A stretch of DNA of 64,000 nucleotides, taken from the NCBI RefSeq assembly GCF_004010195.1, contig NC_057719.1, forward strand, positions 19,329,503 through 19,393,502, read 5' to 3'. The DNA comes from Chiloscyllium plagiosum (Eukaryota). Shown piece by piece: positions 1-12,282 of the stretch. The stretch's first letter is position 1, and every line of letters begins with the position of its first letter. A model generated the notes under the pieces. The model was not told where the DNA came from and ran no database searches. It saw only the letters and a program-made list of their open reading frames with translations. The position numbers were made by a program, and so were the translations under genes.

Positions 1-225
1 ATCATGGAGGAGGTGGAGGGCGTGGGTGGTGTCCCGAACATAGGTGGGGAGTTCTTGGACTAAGGGGGACAGGACCGTGTCGAGGTATGCAGAGATGAGT
101 TTGGTGGGGCAGGAGCAGGCTGAGACAATGGGTTGGCCGGGGCAGTCAGATTTGTGGATTTTGGGCAGGAGGTAGAAGCGGGCGGTGCGGGGTTGTGGGA
201 CTATGAGGTTGGAGGCGGTAGATGA
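1..225 (-). mobile_element. Penelope-like element reverse transcriptase fragment (runs off window start)
   Basis: Minus strand translates without stops to STASNLIVPQPRTARFYLLPKIHKSDCPGQPIVSACSCPTKLISAYLDTVLSPLVQELPTYVRDT, containing the PLE RT FYxLPKIHK..G(R)PIVS motif. Confidence 0.85.
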
Positions 226-231
226 TGTAGA

Positions 232-305
232 CAAGCAGGAGGCTGGAAGAACACAGCAAGCCAGGCAAGCATCAGGAGGTGGAGAAGTCGATGTTTTGGG
301 TTGAC
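232..305 (-). mobile_element. Degenerate PLE terminal-repeat fragment, family A
   Basis: Similar to 2349-2477 and 46428-46555. Confidence 0.6.
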
Positions 306-351
306 TATACACCTCCAGTGAGTTCTCCCGATCTTCCATTGTAACTTTACG

Positions 352-790
352 ATAGAAACATAGGGAATGGGTGCTGGAGTTGGCAATTGAGCGTGCTTTG
401 TTGTTCAATATGATCATGGCTGATCCTCTATCTCAATGTCATACTCCTGTGCTTCCACCCCCGTCCCCCCCAAACTCCTTGATGATTTTAGTGTCCAGAA
501 TGCTATCATTTCTTAAATACACTCACTGACTTGGCCTCCACAGTCTTCTGTGGCAGAGAATTTCACAGGTTTGTTATGGTGTGAGTGATGGCACTTCCTC
601 TCATCTAAGTCCTAACTCGCTTGCTTCACATTGTCTGTTCTAGATGCTTCAGCCAGGAGGAGCATCATTACTACATCCAGTCCATCAAGCTCTATCAGAA
701 TGTTATACATTTCATTGTGATTCTCTCCCATTCTTCTAAACTCCAGTGAATACAGATCCAATTGAGCCATGCATTCCTCTTATTTATCAT
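352..790 (-). mobile_element. CR1/HER1 LINE 3' fragment, decayed
   Basis: Reverse complement resembles the CR1 3' ends at 4065-4470 and 49780-50020. Confidence 0.7.
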
Positions 791-1929
791 CTTTAAAGTT
801 ACAGGAAATCAAATTGTGCGTACATTGTAGTATCTCTAGTTCAGAAATCTATTACTCAGAAACACTAGCTATCCAGAAATGTTTTGGGCAGACAACAATA
901 AATGCCATAATTTTAGTACAATACTTTAGGAGTGAAAAACATTGGAAGATAAAATAGGTGGATAAATAAGGAGACTTTTTCCCTGTTTTATGCTTCAGCT
1001 AAATATTCATATCTACAGTGTTTTCCAGTTAACACATTTGTATTTAGGCATTTTAATATTATTTTATCAACCAGAAGCTTTCTTGACCACAAGTATTTCA
1101 AAACAGAAAGATTACGGTGCATATCAGTTTCCACATTTTAATGGTAATATGCATATAAAGCACACACACCATTGAGAAATTCTTGCCCCAAATTCAAAGT
1201 AACAGTTTGGGCAGAGTGAAGGAAATGAATAATAGAATTTAAGATTAAAGACCCAAATTACTTCACAGCTTAAAAAAAACATGCAATATTTTGTTTTCTG
1301 CAAGAAACCATGAAAGACAACTTTTATACAGCAAATTAGATCAACAAATTACCAATTAATCTGCCTTGGTGGAATCAATTGGAAGAAAAATTATTCCAAG
1401 TGTGACTTTGAAGAGTGTTGAGAGTTGTGTGAGGAAGAAAATTTCAGTTTTTTTCAAAAAATCCATTTTTTTTTGTATTTCATATTTGATATTTAACTGT
1501 AATTTGTTATTTAAATTTAAAATTTCACACAGGCTTAAACAGGGGATATACAAGCTGTGTACTTGAGAACAGCTGAACTTAATTAATTAAAAGCGAACTA
1601 CCTTAGACTGCTGTTTCTAAACCTGGGATTATACTAACTCTTCGGAAGCATCTCAGTGTGATTTCGGACACAGAATAATTTTGAATAGTATTGTGTATTA
1701 TTATGTAAGGGGATTCTTAGTCTCTGTGGCAAAATCTAATTTTGTTTGTCTGTCACATTTAATATTTGACTACAATTTACTATTCAGACTCTAAATTTCA
1801 TCCAGGCTTAAGCTCCCTCTATATAAACTCCCTACCTGAGACCAACTGACGTTATTTAATTAAATAAACCAAGTGTAAACTGATTTTCTGTAACTGGGGC
1901 TGAGAAAACTCTTTAGTTTCAGAGGTATT

Positions 1930-2698
1930 CTTATGGACCAAGCCAGATCCCTCAAAACATTTCAAGAAGATAGCCCAAACCTAACTTTGCTAGTTATTTT
2001 AAGCAGGTGTACAGTGGATATTCCAGGGGAAATGCAGCTGGTCAAACCACTTAGTTTTAAACAAAACAATTTTTTTACAAGATTACTGAATGAAACATAC
2101 AACAAAGAAAACAGAATACTGAATAATTTAATCTATCCAAAAATCCAACTGATCATCCCAATTTAATGATGCTATTCCAAACACTTGCAACAATCCCCAT
2201 AAACATCCTTTGGCACAAAAGGTAAAATCAAACACAGGTTCTTAGAGGAGAAAAGTCAGAGTACCAGCCTGAACCTGTTTCTTTGGGTCCAATAACATTT
2301 TCTACACTACTGCCAAAAACCAAACCAAACCAGAGAAAAGATCAACTAGGAGAAAGTGAGCTATGCAGATGCTGGAGTACCAGAGTTGAAAAATGTGGTG
2401 CTGGAAAAACACAGCAGGCCAGGCAGCATCTAAGGAGCAGGAGAATTGATGTTTCGGGCATAAGCCCTTCTTCAGGAGAGAAAAGCTGAGCTGGGAGAAC
2501 TGGCCACTTCCCTTACATTGTACATATGATTTTTTTTTAACTTGAAAGCCTTCTGCCTGTTGCAGTATCTGTTAGCTGTAAACAAATTGGCCCTGAAACC
2601 CTTCAATCCCAGACTTTTCAGAGTCTGTGTCTTTTATGACCTCTCTGGAAAAAAAACCAAGGACAGCATACCTTTGTTAAAGGAACAGCGTCATCATA
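1930..2698. mobile_element. Possible solo LTR, interrupted by a mini-PLE
   Basis: Degenerate TG..CA-like ends and non-coding composition; no clear TSD seen. Confidence 0.25.
2349..2477 (-). mobile_element. Non-coding mini-PLE (family A) with hammerhead motif
   Basis: Minus strand reads tcCTGAAGAagggcttatgcccGAAACATC then the PLE terminus; flanked by degenerate direct repeats starting agagaaaag. Confidence 0.8.
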
Positions 2699-3214
2699 AT
2701 ATGAATAGAGGGTATCTCAGTGTGACTTTGAATGCAATGTTGAGAGTTGGATAAGTAAGGGGGTTAGTGGAAGAGGGAAAGGAGGTGCTGATTTATTTCT
2801 TCTAACTTACTCACCTGTCAGGAACTGGTTCTTACTCTAAAACAGAGATGTTTGCTAAGCATCTAGTAAGAACTCAAAGTCTATTTTATATTTAAGGTCA
2901 AACGTTGCCATGCAGTATTGAGGGGGAGCCAGAGGTCTACTTTTTCCCAGTGGCTGTCTGCATATCAGTTTAGTCCACAGTGTGTGGGAAGTTGAGAATG
3001 CTGAAGAATGAGGTTGTAAAAAAGGTGGGTGGGTCAGGAAGCTGACAAGTTTGGAGGAGTTGGTGGAGATGGGTATGCCATAACAGGAGATGGGAGACAG
3101 ATGAGTGATGCATGAGTAGAGTGGTGGTGACAAACAAATCATAAGGGAGATAATGCGAGGCAAGGAGGCGACAAAAGGAATGAAAGAAAAAAATAGTGAA
3201 TTAGGGGAGAATGA

Positions 3215-3371
3215 TTTAGACTCGCCAACTTTGAGGGCATTTAAATGGTCATTGGATAGACATATGGACGAGAATGAAGTGGGATATGGGCTTCAGATTG
3301 GTTCCACAGGTTGGCGCAACATCGAAGACCGAAGGACCTGTACTGCACTGTAATGATCTATGTTCTATGAT
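3215..3371 (+). mobile_element. CR1 3' end fragment
   Basis: Closely similar to 9520-9680; ends in a (ttctatg)-type tail. Confidence 0.8.
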
Positions 3372-3794
3372 GGACAGGCCATAAGGTGCTATAGGGAGGA
3401 AACTAGGAGGTTGAAGGTGGAGAAAGTCAGGGAGGATGCAATGTGCAGGAGGACAAGAGGGCTACACATATTCAGGAGCTACCAAATGGAAAAAAATGGA
3501 ATGGAAAGTCTTATAATGAGCACTGTCTCAATTGCACAATTTGTAAAATGCATAAATTTAAATCTGAGACTGACATCTGACATGCAGCAAAAAGGGTTAT
3601 GACTGCCCACTTAGAGATTTCCAGCTTTCTGATTATTAAAGCAAATACATTAGCTGCGACTTGACCAGTATAGGTTATGATATGAGTGATAACATTTTGT
3701 GTGTAAGATCATTAGATGTAGGAACAGAAGTGAGCAATTCAGCCCATTGAGTTTACCTTGCCATTCAATAGATCGTGGCTGATCATTATCAACT

Positions 3795-4470
3795 GCATGA
3801 ATCACAGGAGGTTGGTTTGTAAGTGCAATTTTGTCCTTCATTGCTAAAGGGATTGAGTTTAAAAGCAGAAAGGTTATGTTGCAGCTGTATAGGGTGCTGG
3901 TGAGGCCACACCTGGAGTACTGCATGCTTTTTTGGGATCCTTATTTAAGAAATGATGTACTAGCACTAGAGTGGGAGCAGAGTAGGTTCACTAGATTGAC
4001 TCCGGAGTTGAGCGGGTTGGCTTATGAGGACAGACTGAGTGCACTGGGATTATATTCATTGTAATGTAGAAGAATGAGGGGGGATCTTATCAACATTTAT
4101 AAAATTATGAAGGGAATAAATAAGATAGAAGTACAGAGGATGTTTCCACTGGTAGGTGAAACTAGGACAAGAGGACGTAGCTTCAAAATTTTGGGGAGAG
4201 ATTTAGGACCAAATTGAGAAAGAACTTCTACACCCAGAGGTTTGTGAATCTATGGAAATCCCTGCCCAGTGAAGTATTGAGGCTTCATCAGCAAGCATTT
4301 TAAAGCTAAGACAGATAATTTTTTGAAAATAAGGGAGTTAAGGGTTATGGTGAGAGGGCGGGTGAGTGGAGTTGAGGCCATGAAAAGATCAGCCATGATC
4401 TTATTGAATGGCGGAGCAGACCCAAAGGGCCAAATGGCCTACTCCTGCTCCTAATTCTTATGTTATGTTG
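3795..4470 (+). mobile_element. CR1/HER1 LINE RT C-terminus and 3' UTR, inserted in an older minus-strand CR1 (3710-3793, 4470-4635)
   Basis: ORF 3831..4064 LYRVLVRPHLEYC..FW.PY..LGLYSL is a typical CR1 RT C-terminus. Confidence 0.9.
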
Positions 4471-4639
4471 TATTAACTCCACATTCCTGCTCTTTGTCCA
4501 TAATCTTACTGGTTATATATCTGTCAACTTCAGCTTTGAATATACTTAATCAACTCTACAGTCCTCCGAGGAAAATAATTCTGATACAAAAAATTATTCC
4601 TCATGTCTGTCTTAAATGGGCAACTCCTTACTCTGATTT

Positions 4640-5750
4640 TTTAAGTCTATCATGGGAGGTGGGTGTCACTGGCTTGCCCGTATTTATTACCGTCCCTAGA
4701 TACCCTTGAGAGGGTGATGGTGAGCTACCTTCTTGAACCACTGCAATCCATGTCTGTAGGTAGTCCCACAGTGCCATTAGGGAGAGAACTCCAGGATTTT
4801 GACCCAGTGATAGTGAAGGAACAACAATGTATTTCCAAGTCAGGATGGCAAATGACTTGGAGGGAAATTTGCAGGTGGTGGTATTCCCATGTATCTGCCA
4901 TTGTCCTTCCTAATGGAAGTGATTTTGCGCTTGTAAAATGGTTTTTAAGGATCTTCGGCAAATGTGTGCAGTGCATCTTCTAGATAGTACACACTGCTGT
5001 TACTGAGCATTAATGCTCGAGGGAATGGATGGTTGTGGGTATAGTGCAAATCAAGTGGCCTATGTTGTCCTGGATGGTGGCAAGCTTCTTGAGTATTGAT
5101 GGAGCTGCACCATTCCAGGAAGGAGATGAGGAGTATTCCAATTGTGCCTTGCAGATGGTGGACAGGCTTTGAATTATACGTTGCAGTATTCCTAATCTTT
5201 GACCTGCTCTTGTGGCCATGTAGCTCTTGCATTGATAATGAGTCCAGCTGACTTTCTGATCAATGACAACCTACAGAATGTTGTTAGTAGGGAATTCTGT
5301 GATGGTAATGGCACTGAAGGTCAAGGGGAGATGGTTAGATTGTCTCTTATTAGAGATAATCATTGTTTGTATTTGCATGGCCAGGTTAGATTTGCTTTTT
5401 GTGTGCAAAACATACCTAGACAATTTTCCACATTGTTGGGTAGATGCCATTATTGTAACTATACTGGAACAGCTTGAGTATGGGTGCGGCAAGTTGTAGA
5501 GCACAAGTCTTCAGTACTATTGTAGGGTCCATAGCTTTTGTACCTCTAGACATTTATTGACATTACACTGGAATGAATTGATTTGGGTGAAAACTGGCAT
5601 CTGCAATGCTGGGGACCACTGGAGGAGGGTGAGATGCAAAATCCACTTGGTACTTCTGTTTGAAGATTACTGCAAATGTTTCTACCTTTTTTTGCAAAGC
5701 TATGCTGACAATGTCCTTTGGTGCTGGACTCTCCCACAATGTGAAACAAT
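4640..5750 (-). mobile_element. Non-LTR retrotransposon (CR1/L2/RTEX-type) decayed RT 3' region
   Basis: Minus-strand ORF fragments RAGQRLGILQR..KAQLEYSS..W; the same 3' end recurs at 21326-21425 (+), 37345-37550 (-) and 62728-62840 (-). Confidence 0.75.
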
Positions 5751-6194
5751 CTCTCTGTATCTACCAGGTAAAGTTCCCCAGAATCTTGTACGTTTCAATA
5801 AGATTGTCTCTCCTTCTCAGTACAGGTACAGTACAGGTGTAGCCCACCTTTTGCCTATATTGGGAGAAAATAAACTTCTGTTTCTAACTTATGGTGCATT
5901 GTCTTGCATCACTTTAAATACTGAGGATGTCTAGGAAGTCAATGTTTTCCTTCTGTGCTGTGGCTTTAATAATTTCGGGGGATTTTGATAAATTATTCAC
6001 ATTTTGCTTCTGTGTGAAACAGAATACCCCATGTGTCAACAGACATTAGCAAGGTAACATTAATCAATTACTATATCACATAATAATGAGAGTAATGAGG
6101 ATGAAAACAAAAAAAAGTAGCCCTTGAGAATTATTTTTAAAATATAGCCCTCGAGAAAATCTTAAGTGGTGTCCTCAACCAAAATTATGCCTGG

Positions 6195-6470
6195 GCAGTG
6201 ATGCATCTTTTGGGTGAAAGGTTAAACACAGGCCCGAACTGCTTTCTCAGGTAGATGCTAAAAATTTGATGGCATCATTTGAAGCAGAGTAGGTAAGTTG
6301 CTCTCAATGAGTCAGTCAATTCTAACCCTGAATCAATGGCACAAAAGAACAGCCATTACCCACCACTGTTTGCTGAAGACACATTCACTGGTAAATTCCT
6401 TCATTATGACAGTGACCGTATTTTTAAAAAGTTCTCCATTGACTTTAAAGAGCTTTACAAATGCAAGTTT
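6195..6470 (+). mobile_element. Deu-domain SINE (SacSINE1/AmnSINE-like), decayed
   Basis: Deu-like core ttttgggtgaaaggttaaacacaggccc..tctcaggtagatgctaaaa..atggca..tttgaagcagag; related copies at 21250, 33845, 36090, 51430 and 60520. Confidence 0.6.
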
Positions 6471-6486
6471 TCTTTTTGTTTTCCAG

Positions 6487-6532
6487 AAGATTACAGAGGT
6501 ACATCATAGGATCAAATGTTTAGATCTGAAAG
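6487..6532 (+). CDS. PPP1R37: PPP1R37-like coding exon A (KITEVHHRIKCLDLK-G)
   Basis: Polypyrimidine tract + ttccag acceptor; AG|gtaagt donor; 46 nt, phase 0 to 1; resembles recalled EFTDLGHRLDCLDLKG. Confidence 0.88.
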
Positions 6533-7047
6533 GTAAGTTAATATTTTTAACAGTATTTTCTATTAACTCCACAGGTACTGGTTAGCAAATTGTGCACTAA
6601 AATTTCCTTTGAAATACAGCCTGTTGAGTAACATAAGAGGCTAATGACTTTAATGCCATTAAGGGGAGTGAGTTATCATCTATGATGTCAGCTGATGCCC
6701 CAAAGCATGGAGCTGAGACCTCAGGAAAGAAAGTTCTTGTGGAGTTCTGCTCTCTGTATATTGTATAAATCAATAAATCTTCATTATTTCGCAAAGCATG
6801 GTTTACAGGGCTCATCCGTCAAAAGCACCCAGACCCCAGTGTGATATTTACAATGGTGATGGTGGTCCTTGAGTTCTACACTGAGGATCCCAGCAAACAC
6901 TGACAAAAGGCCCACAATAGTAAAAATAGTAATCACAGGAGTCCACACAAGGCAATTAAAAGTGTCCAGAGCTATGGTAAAATGAAAGATTGGATGGGGG
7001 AGGTAGTGTAACACGTTAATAGCTCTTATGCTAACAGATATAATTTA

Positions 7048-7346
7048 GGCGGCACGGTGGCTCAGTGACTAGCACTGCTGCCTCACAGCACCAAGGTCCC
7101 AGGTTCGATTCCAGCCTTGGGCAACTGTCTGTGTGGAGTTTGCACATTCTCCTCGTGTCTGCATGGCTTTCTTCCGGGTGCTCTGGTTTCCTCACACAGT
7201 CCAAAGATGTGCGGGGAAGGTGAGTTGGCCATGCTATATTGCCCATAGTGATAGGTGCATTAGTCAGAGAGTTACTCTTCAGAGGGTCAGTGTGGACTTG
7301 GGCTAACGGGCCTGTTTCCACACTGTAGGGAATCTATCTATCTATC
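7048..7346 (+). mobile_element. HE1 / V-SINE, full length
   Basis: tRNA-like head (A box tggctcagtg, B box ggttcgattcc), V-domain tgtgtggagtttgcacattctcc, CR1-like tail ending in atct repeats. Confidence 0.9.
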
Positions 7347-7749
7347 ATTAGTGGATTTCACAGGGGAGACCTGAGAAACATTGTGTAGGTAGAGGGGACC
7401 CAAGAAGCAGTGTACAGGCAAGGGAGACTTGGGAAACACCTTGTCAGTGCAGAGCTAGGAAATGTGTTGGCTCTGGGCCAAGCACAGACCAGGAACTGGG
7501 GTTGGGACAGAGCTGGGTTTTTGGGCTGAGGCTGGCCTGGGTTTTAGCAGGGCTGGGTTGGGTTTGAGACTGGGTTTGACGTCAAGGCTCAGTCTGTGAC
7601 CATATATTGTGGGAAGAAAGAAATCAAAAGTGACACATCACAGAAAAAAAAATGTAATTGGGAAGCTAGCATTTAGCGCTGACTGTAATTATTGGGGAGA
7701 TGTGGAGTGTAGCAATTCTACATTAACTGCGTAAAAATCATTAGTCAAT

Positions 7750-8790
7750 TAATACATTCAAGATGACAGATAGATGATGTGCTGTGACTACAGGACATGG
7801 GAATACCTGGATGCCAGTATAATCTAGGGCAAACAGGTCTACAGTAAGTATTAGCAGCTCAAATTCTTCAACCCAGAACTTATAAGCTAAAAGCAGAGCT
7901 GTAGACACTGCACAGGGAGGTTGCTTGGGTATTTCATTTCAGGGGAAGGTCAATATCCCTTAGAGTAGGGTCTTCTGTATTGGTCAGTGGTCAGGCACAG
8001 GCACACTGAGTAAGATAAGTCAGGGCATGAAGAAAGTATGGTGGAGTAGCTTTGACCATTGCAATTGTTCAACAGGTTTGAGGTTCTTGCAGTCTTTACA
8101 GATAAAAGTAGTGGTGACAGAAGATTTGAGTAAAATGACCATGACACCATGGTAGAAGAAACCATTCTGATGGGTGGAGGAGTTAATAGGTTAGTAGTGG
8201 TAATAGTGGACAACATGGCCATGGGGACTAACATGGTTCTTTGCAGCCAAGAGTGAGGGTCCAAAAGACTGTGTTCCCTACCTAGTGCTGGGACATGCAC
8301 TCAGGCCTGGAGAGGAATTTGAAATGGATGGAGGAGGATCCAATGCCCAAAGTCCATGTTGGTACCAACAATATAGCAAGATCTCAGAAAAAGTATTCTG
8401 TCGACGAAGTATGAGCAAGCCCATCAGGTTAATTACATCCCTGAGAATTGGTTTCCAAAGTTCTCTACCACCAAGTTTAGACTGATGGGCCTGTAGTTTC
8501 TGTGTTAATCTATGGCTCCCTTCTTGAACAATGGTACAACATTGGCTGTCCTCTCGTCCTCTGGCACCTTTCCTATGGCCAGAGAGGAATTGAAAATTAA
8601 TGCTAGTGTCCATGCTTTTCCTTACTTGCCTCACTCAATAGCATTCCTGATGAAGGGCTTATGCCAAAAATGATGACTCTCCTGTTCCTCTGATGCTGTC
8701 TGACGTGCTGTGCTTTTCCAGCGCCATCCTTATTGACTCACTCATAGCATGTGATATATTTTATCTGACCCTGATGAATTATCTATTTTT
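7750..8790. mobile_element. Decayed CR1 pieces (ORF1-like + strand 7750-8420; RT - strand 8420-8790)
   Basis: Fragmentary similarity to CR1 ORF1 esterase and RT; many frameshifts. Confidence 0.5.
8645..8736 (+). mobile_element. Mini-PLE family A, degenerate hammerhead, with TSD
   Basis: CTGATGAagggcttatgccaAAAA; TSD ctcactca(a)tagcat at 8630-8644 and 8737-8750. Confidence 0.75.
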
Positions 8791-8797
8791 AAGCCTA

Positions 8798-9436
8798 CCA
8801 GACCTGTACCTCTACCAATGTCATCTACTGCATCCATTGAACCCGGTGTGGTCTCCTCTACATCGGGGAGACAGGACACCTTCTTGCAGACCATTTGAGA
8901 GAACATCTCTGGGACACCTGCACCCACCAACCCCACCGCCCCATGGCTGAACATTTCAACTCCCCCTCCGAGTCCATCAAGGACATGCAGGTCCTAGGCC
9001 TCCTCCACCGCCAAACCGTTACCACCCAACGCCTGGAGAAAAAACACCTCATATTCCGCCATGGAACCCTGCAACCACACAGGATAAATGTGGATTTCAA
9101 CAGCTTCCTCATTTCCCCATCCTGCACATTATCCTAGCCCAAAGCCTCCAATTCGGCACCGCCCTCCAGAGCTGTCCATCACTCCCCCCTCTGACCTATC
9201 ACCTTCTCCCTCACTTTCATCCACCTATCACCTTCCCAGCCACCTTCCCACCAACCCCAACCCCAACACCATCCCATTTATCTATCAGCCCGACCACAAG
9301 CCTCATTCCTGATGAAGGGCTTATGCCGGAAATGTTGACTCTCCTGCTCCTCGGATGCTGCCTGACCAGTTGTGCTTTTCCAGTAGCACACTTCCAACTC
9401 TGATCTCCAGCATCTGCAGTCCTCACTTTCCTCTCC
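8798..9436 (+). mobile_element. Penelope-like (Neptune-type) 3' fragment: GIY-YIG endonuclease + terminal repeat
   Basis: TCTSTNVIYCIH..CGLLYIGETG; ORF 8895..9137 AEHFNSP..LEKKHLIFRHGTLQPHRINVDF; hammerhead-like motif at 9309-9336. Confidence 0.9.
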
Positions 9437-10285
9437 GGGGTGATAGATATAGGACAGATGTCAGAGATAGTTTCTTTACTCAGAGAGTAGTAAGGGCATA
9501 GAATGTCATGCCTGCAACTGTAGTAGACTCGCCAACTTCAAGGGCATTTAAATGGTCATTGGATAAACACATGGATGAAAATGGAATAGTGAAGGATAGA
9601 TAGGCTTCAGATTGGTTCCACAGGTCAACACAACATCGAGGGCTGAAGGGCCTGTATTGCACTGTAATGTTCTATGCTCTACTGCAAATATTGGGACAAA
9701 AATATTCACGAATACATGACGTTTAGGAAGATGGGAAGTCCTCTAAGTAACGATGGAGTTTTAGCACTGTTATTAAGAATGGCATTGTTACAATATAAGG
9801 ATATGACCGTTATCTCTGGAAATCAGAATGAAGAATCAAGATGACAAAGAACTAAAACAGAAAGTCATTTGTGAGTGTTTTATACATTTTTAGATCCCCT
9901 ATTAGCAATCTCACAGAAGGACAGTGTGAAAAATGAAATCATTGAGACTTGTCAGAAGGGTACACTGTTAATCATGGATGATTTTAATTACATATTGTTC
10001 GATTAAACCAGTTTGGCAAAAGACTGTCAGGATAGTTTATTGGACCAACATGTTTTAGACCCAACCAGATACAGGAAATGTTAATGAGGCAAGAATAATT
10101 AATGACTTTATAGTAAAGGTAGCAATAATCATAATATTGAATTTCACATTCCGTTTGAGAGAGAAAAGTTTGGATCTAAGACTAATGCTTTAAACCTAAA
10201 CAAAGACATTTATGAGGGCATGAAGACAGAGCTGGTCAAATTGAATAGCAGAAAAGGTAAAGGGATAAGTTGGTGGAGAGTCTAT
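9437..10285 (+). mobile_element. CR1 3' end (9437-9680) followed by decayed CR1 APE region
   Basis: Match to 3215-3371; APE motifs MDDFN and SNNHNIEF-like. Confidence 0.7.
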
Positions 10286-10361
10286 AGGAAGAACAGGCAC
10301 GGTCAGGTTAGATACGTCTAATCAGAAGAACAGGCATGGTCCGTTTAATAAATATGGTGGC

Positions 10362-10575
10362 AACAAAAACAGAAATTGCTGGAAAAGCTTAACAAGTCTG
10401 GCAGCATCTGTGGCGAGAAATTAGAATTAACATTTTGGGTCAGTTCTGAGGAAGGGTCGCTCAATCCGCAATGTTAACTCTGATTTCCCTCCTCAGATGC
10501 TGCTATACCTGCTGAGCTTTTCCAGCAATTTCTGCTTTAGTTTCTGATTCATACCATATGCAGTTCTTTCCATTT
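10362..10575. mobile_element. Fold-back mini-PLE, family B, degenerate
   Basis: Inverted arms cagaaattgctggaaaagct / agcttttccagcaatttctg around ttCTGAGGAagggtc. Confidence 0.75.
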
Positions 10576-10756
10576 TTAATACACATTTTGGCGGTCGGAA
10601 GTGTATTTATTTTCATGCAAGAAGGATAACAGATAAGGCAGATAAGCTTAGAGTCTGTATTAGCACAAGGAACCACAATATTGTAGCCATTACAGAAACC
10701 AGGTTGAGATAAGGGTTGGACTGGCAGCTCAATGTTCAAGGGTTTAGATTTTGCAG

Positions 10757-10855
10757 TCGAGAGGGTGGTGCTGGAAAAGCACAGCCGGTCAGGCAGCATC
10801 TGAGGAACAAGAGAATCGACGTTTTGGGCATAAGCCCTTCATTAGTATTGTTTTA
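10757..10855 (-). mobile_element. Mini-PLE family A with 12-bp TSD
   Basis: TSD tagattttgcag at 10745-10756 and 10856-10867; splits the CR1 FRFCR|CDREG sequence. Confidence 0.85.
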
Positions 10856-11419
10856 TAGATTTTGCAGGTGTGACAGAGAGGGATGGAAAAGGGGTTGAGG
10901 AGTTGTGTCACAGATTAAAGATAATCTCACCACTGCACTAAGAGAGGACATCTTGGATGGCTAATCCAGCGAGGTCATATGGGGAGAACTAAGGATTAAA
11001 AAAGGTGCAATCACTATGATAAGTTTATACTGTAGGCTTCCTAGTAGCTGGTGGGAAATAGAGGAACAGTTATGTAAGCAGATCATGGAAAGATTTACAA
11101 ACAACAGCGTTGTGATATTGGGTGATTTAACTTCCCCAGAATTGACAGGGACTCCTTCAGTGCTAGCAGCGTAGTGGGGCCAGAATTTGGTGTGTCCATC
11201 CAGGAGGGTTTCCTGAATCAATATGTAGACAGTCCAACTGAGGAATGGGTCGTACTAGACCCTGTATTGGGGAATTAGTTTGGAAGGGTGGTTGAAATTT
11301 CAGTGGGAGAACATTTTGGAAAAAGTGATCATAATTCTGTACATTTTAAAATAGTTATCGGTAAGGTTTAGACTGGCCCTTAGCTGTAAGTGCTTAACTG
11401 GGGGAAACGTAATTGCAAA

Positions 11420-12100
11420 CATCTATTACATTCACTGCTCACAATGTGGTCTTCTCTACATTGGGGAAACAAAGCGTAGGTTGAGTGATTGCTTCACAGA
11501 ACATCTACGTTCTGCCCTCAAAAAAGACCCTGGGTTCCAGTTGCCTGCCACTTTAACACACCACCCTGTTCCCTGGCCAACATCTCTGTCTCAGGCTTGC
11601 TGCAATGCTCCAGCAAAGCTCAATGCAAGCTGGAAGAACAGCACCTCATTTTCCACTTGGGAACCCTGAGGACTCTGGACTCGATATCAAGTGCAATAAT
11701 TTTAGGGTCTGAACTCTTCCATGTCCTAGCCCCCACCACACACACCAGGTCTTGTTATCACACAGTCTACCATTACACACTACCTATTGTTAGCCACTAA
11801 CAGTCTCCATTAGTGGCTATTCACCCTCCTATCCAGATTGTTACTGACTCCTTTGTCTATACGTTTGTTCTTCTCTCTCTGCACTCTATCCCCACCATTA
11901 TTTACTTCTGGTTCCCTCCCCAACCCTACCTTCTACATATAAACCAACATTTTTCTCGCTACCATCGATTCTGAGGAAGGGTCACTACACCCAAATCATA
12001 ATTTTGATTTCTCTTCACAGATGTTGCCAGACCTGCTGAGCTTTTTCAGCAACGTCTGTTGTTGTTTCTGGTTCACAGCATCTGCAGTTCTTGCAGTTTT
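11420..12100 (+). mobile_element. Penelope-like (Neptune-type, family B) GIY-YIG 3' fragment
   Basis: IHCSQCGLLYIGETKRRLSDCFTEH; ..KLEEQHLIFHLGTL; homologous to 41420-42080. Confidence 0.9.
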
Positions 12101-12282
12101 TAATTCCAAAAGTATTAGGCAGTAACTGGAGAAATTAAGTTGGGGGTGGCTGTTTGAGGATCAATCCACATATGACATGTGGGAATCTTTTAAAGACTAG
12201 TTGTTCAGGACCAGTATGTTCCTGTGAGAATGAAAGATAAGGATGGCAAGATTCAGGAACCTTGGATGACAAGAAATAGTGA

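Noticed and set aside
1..6486. Upstream PPP1R37 exons (RVxF motif and the exon preceding exon A)
   Set aside because: No matching frame with splice sites found by eye; presumed outside the window.
7048..7125. tRNA gene (also 20119, 42500-42580, 44020-44098, 51430)
   Set aside because: A/B boxes continue into SINE bodies and tails; these are tRNA-derived SINE heads.
7480..7590. GGG-rich tract, possible G-quadruplex
   Set aside because: Likely the degenerate 5' region of the adjacent CR1; no other support.
10288..10350. 37-bp-period direct repeat gaagaacaggca..
   Set aside because: Two degenerate copies between TEs; an ordinary local duplication.
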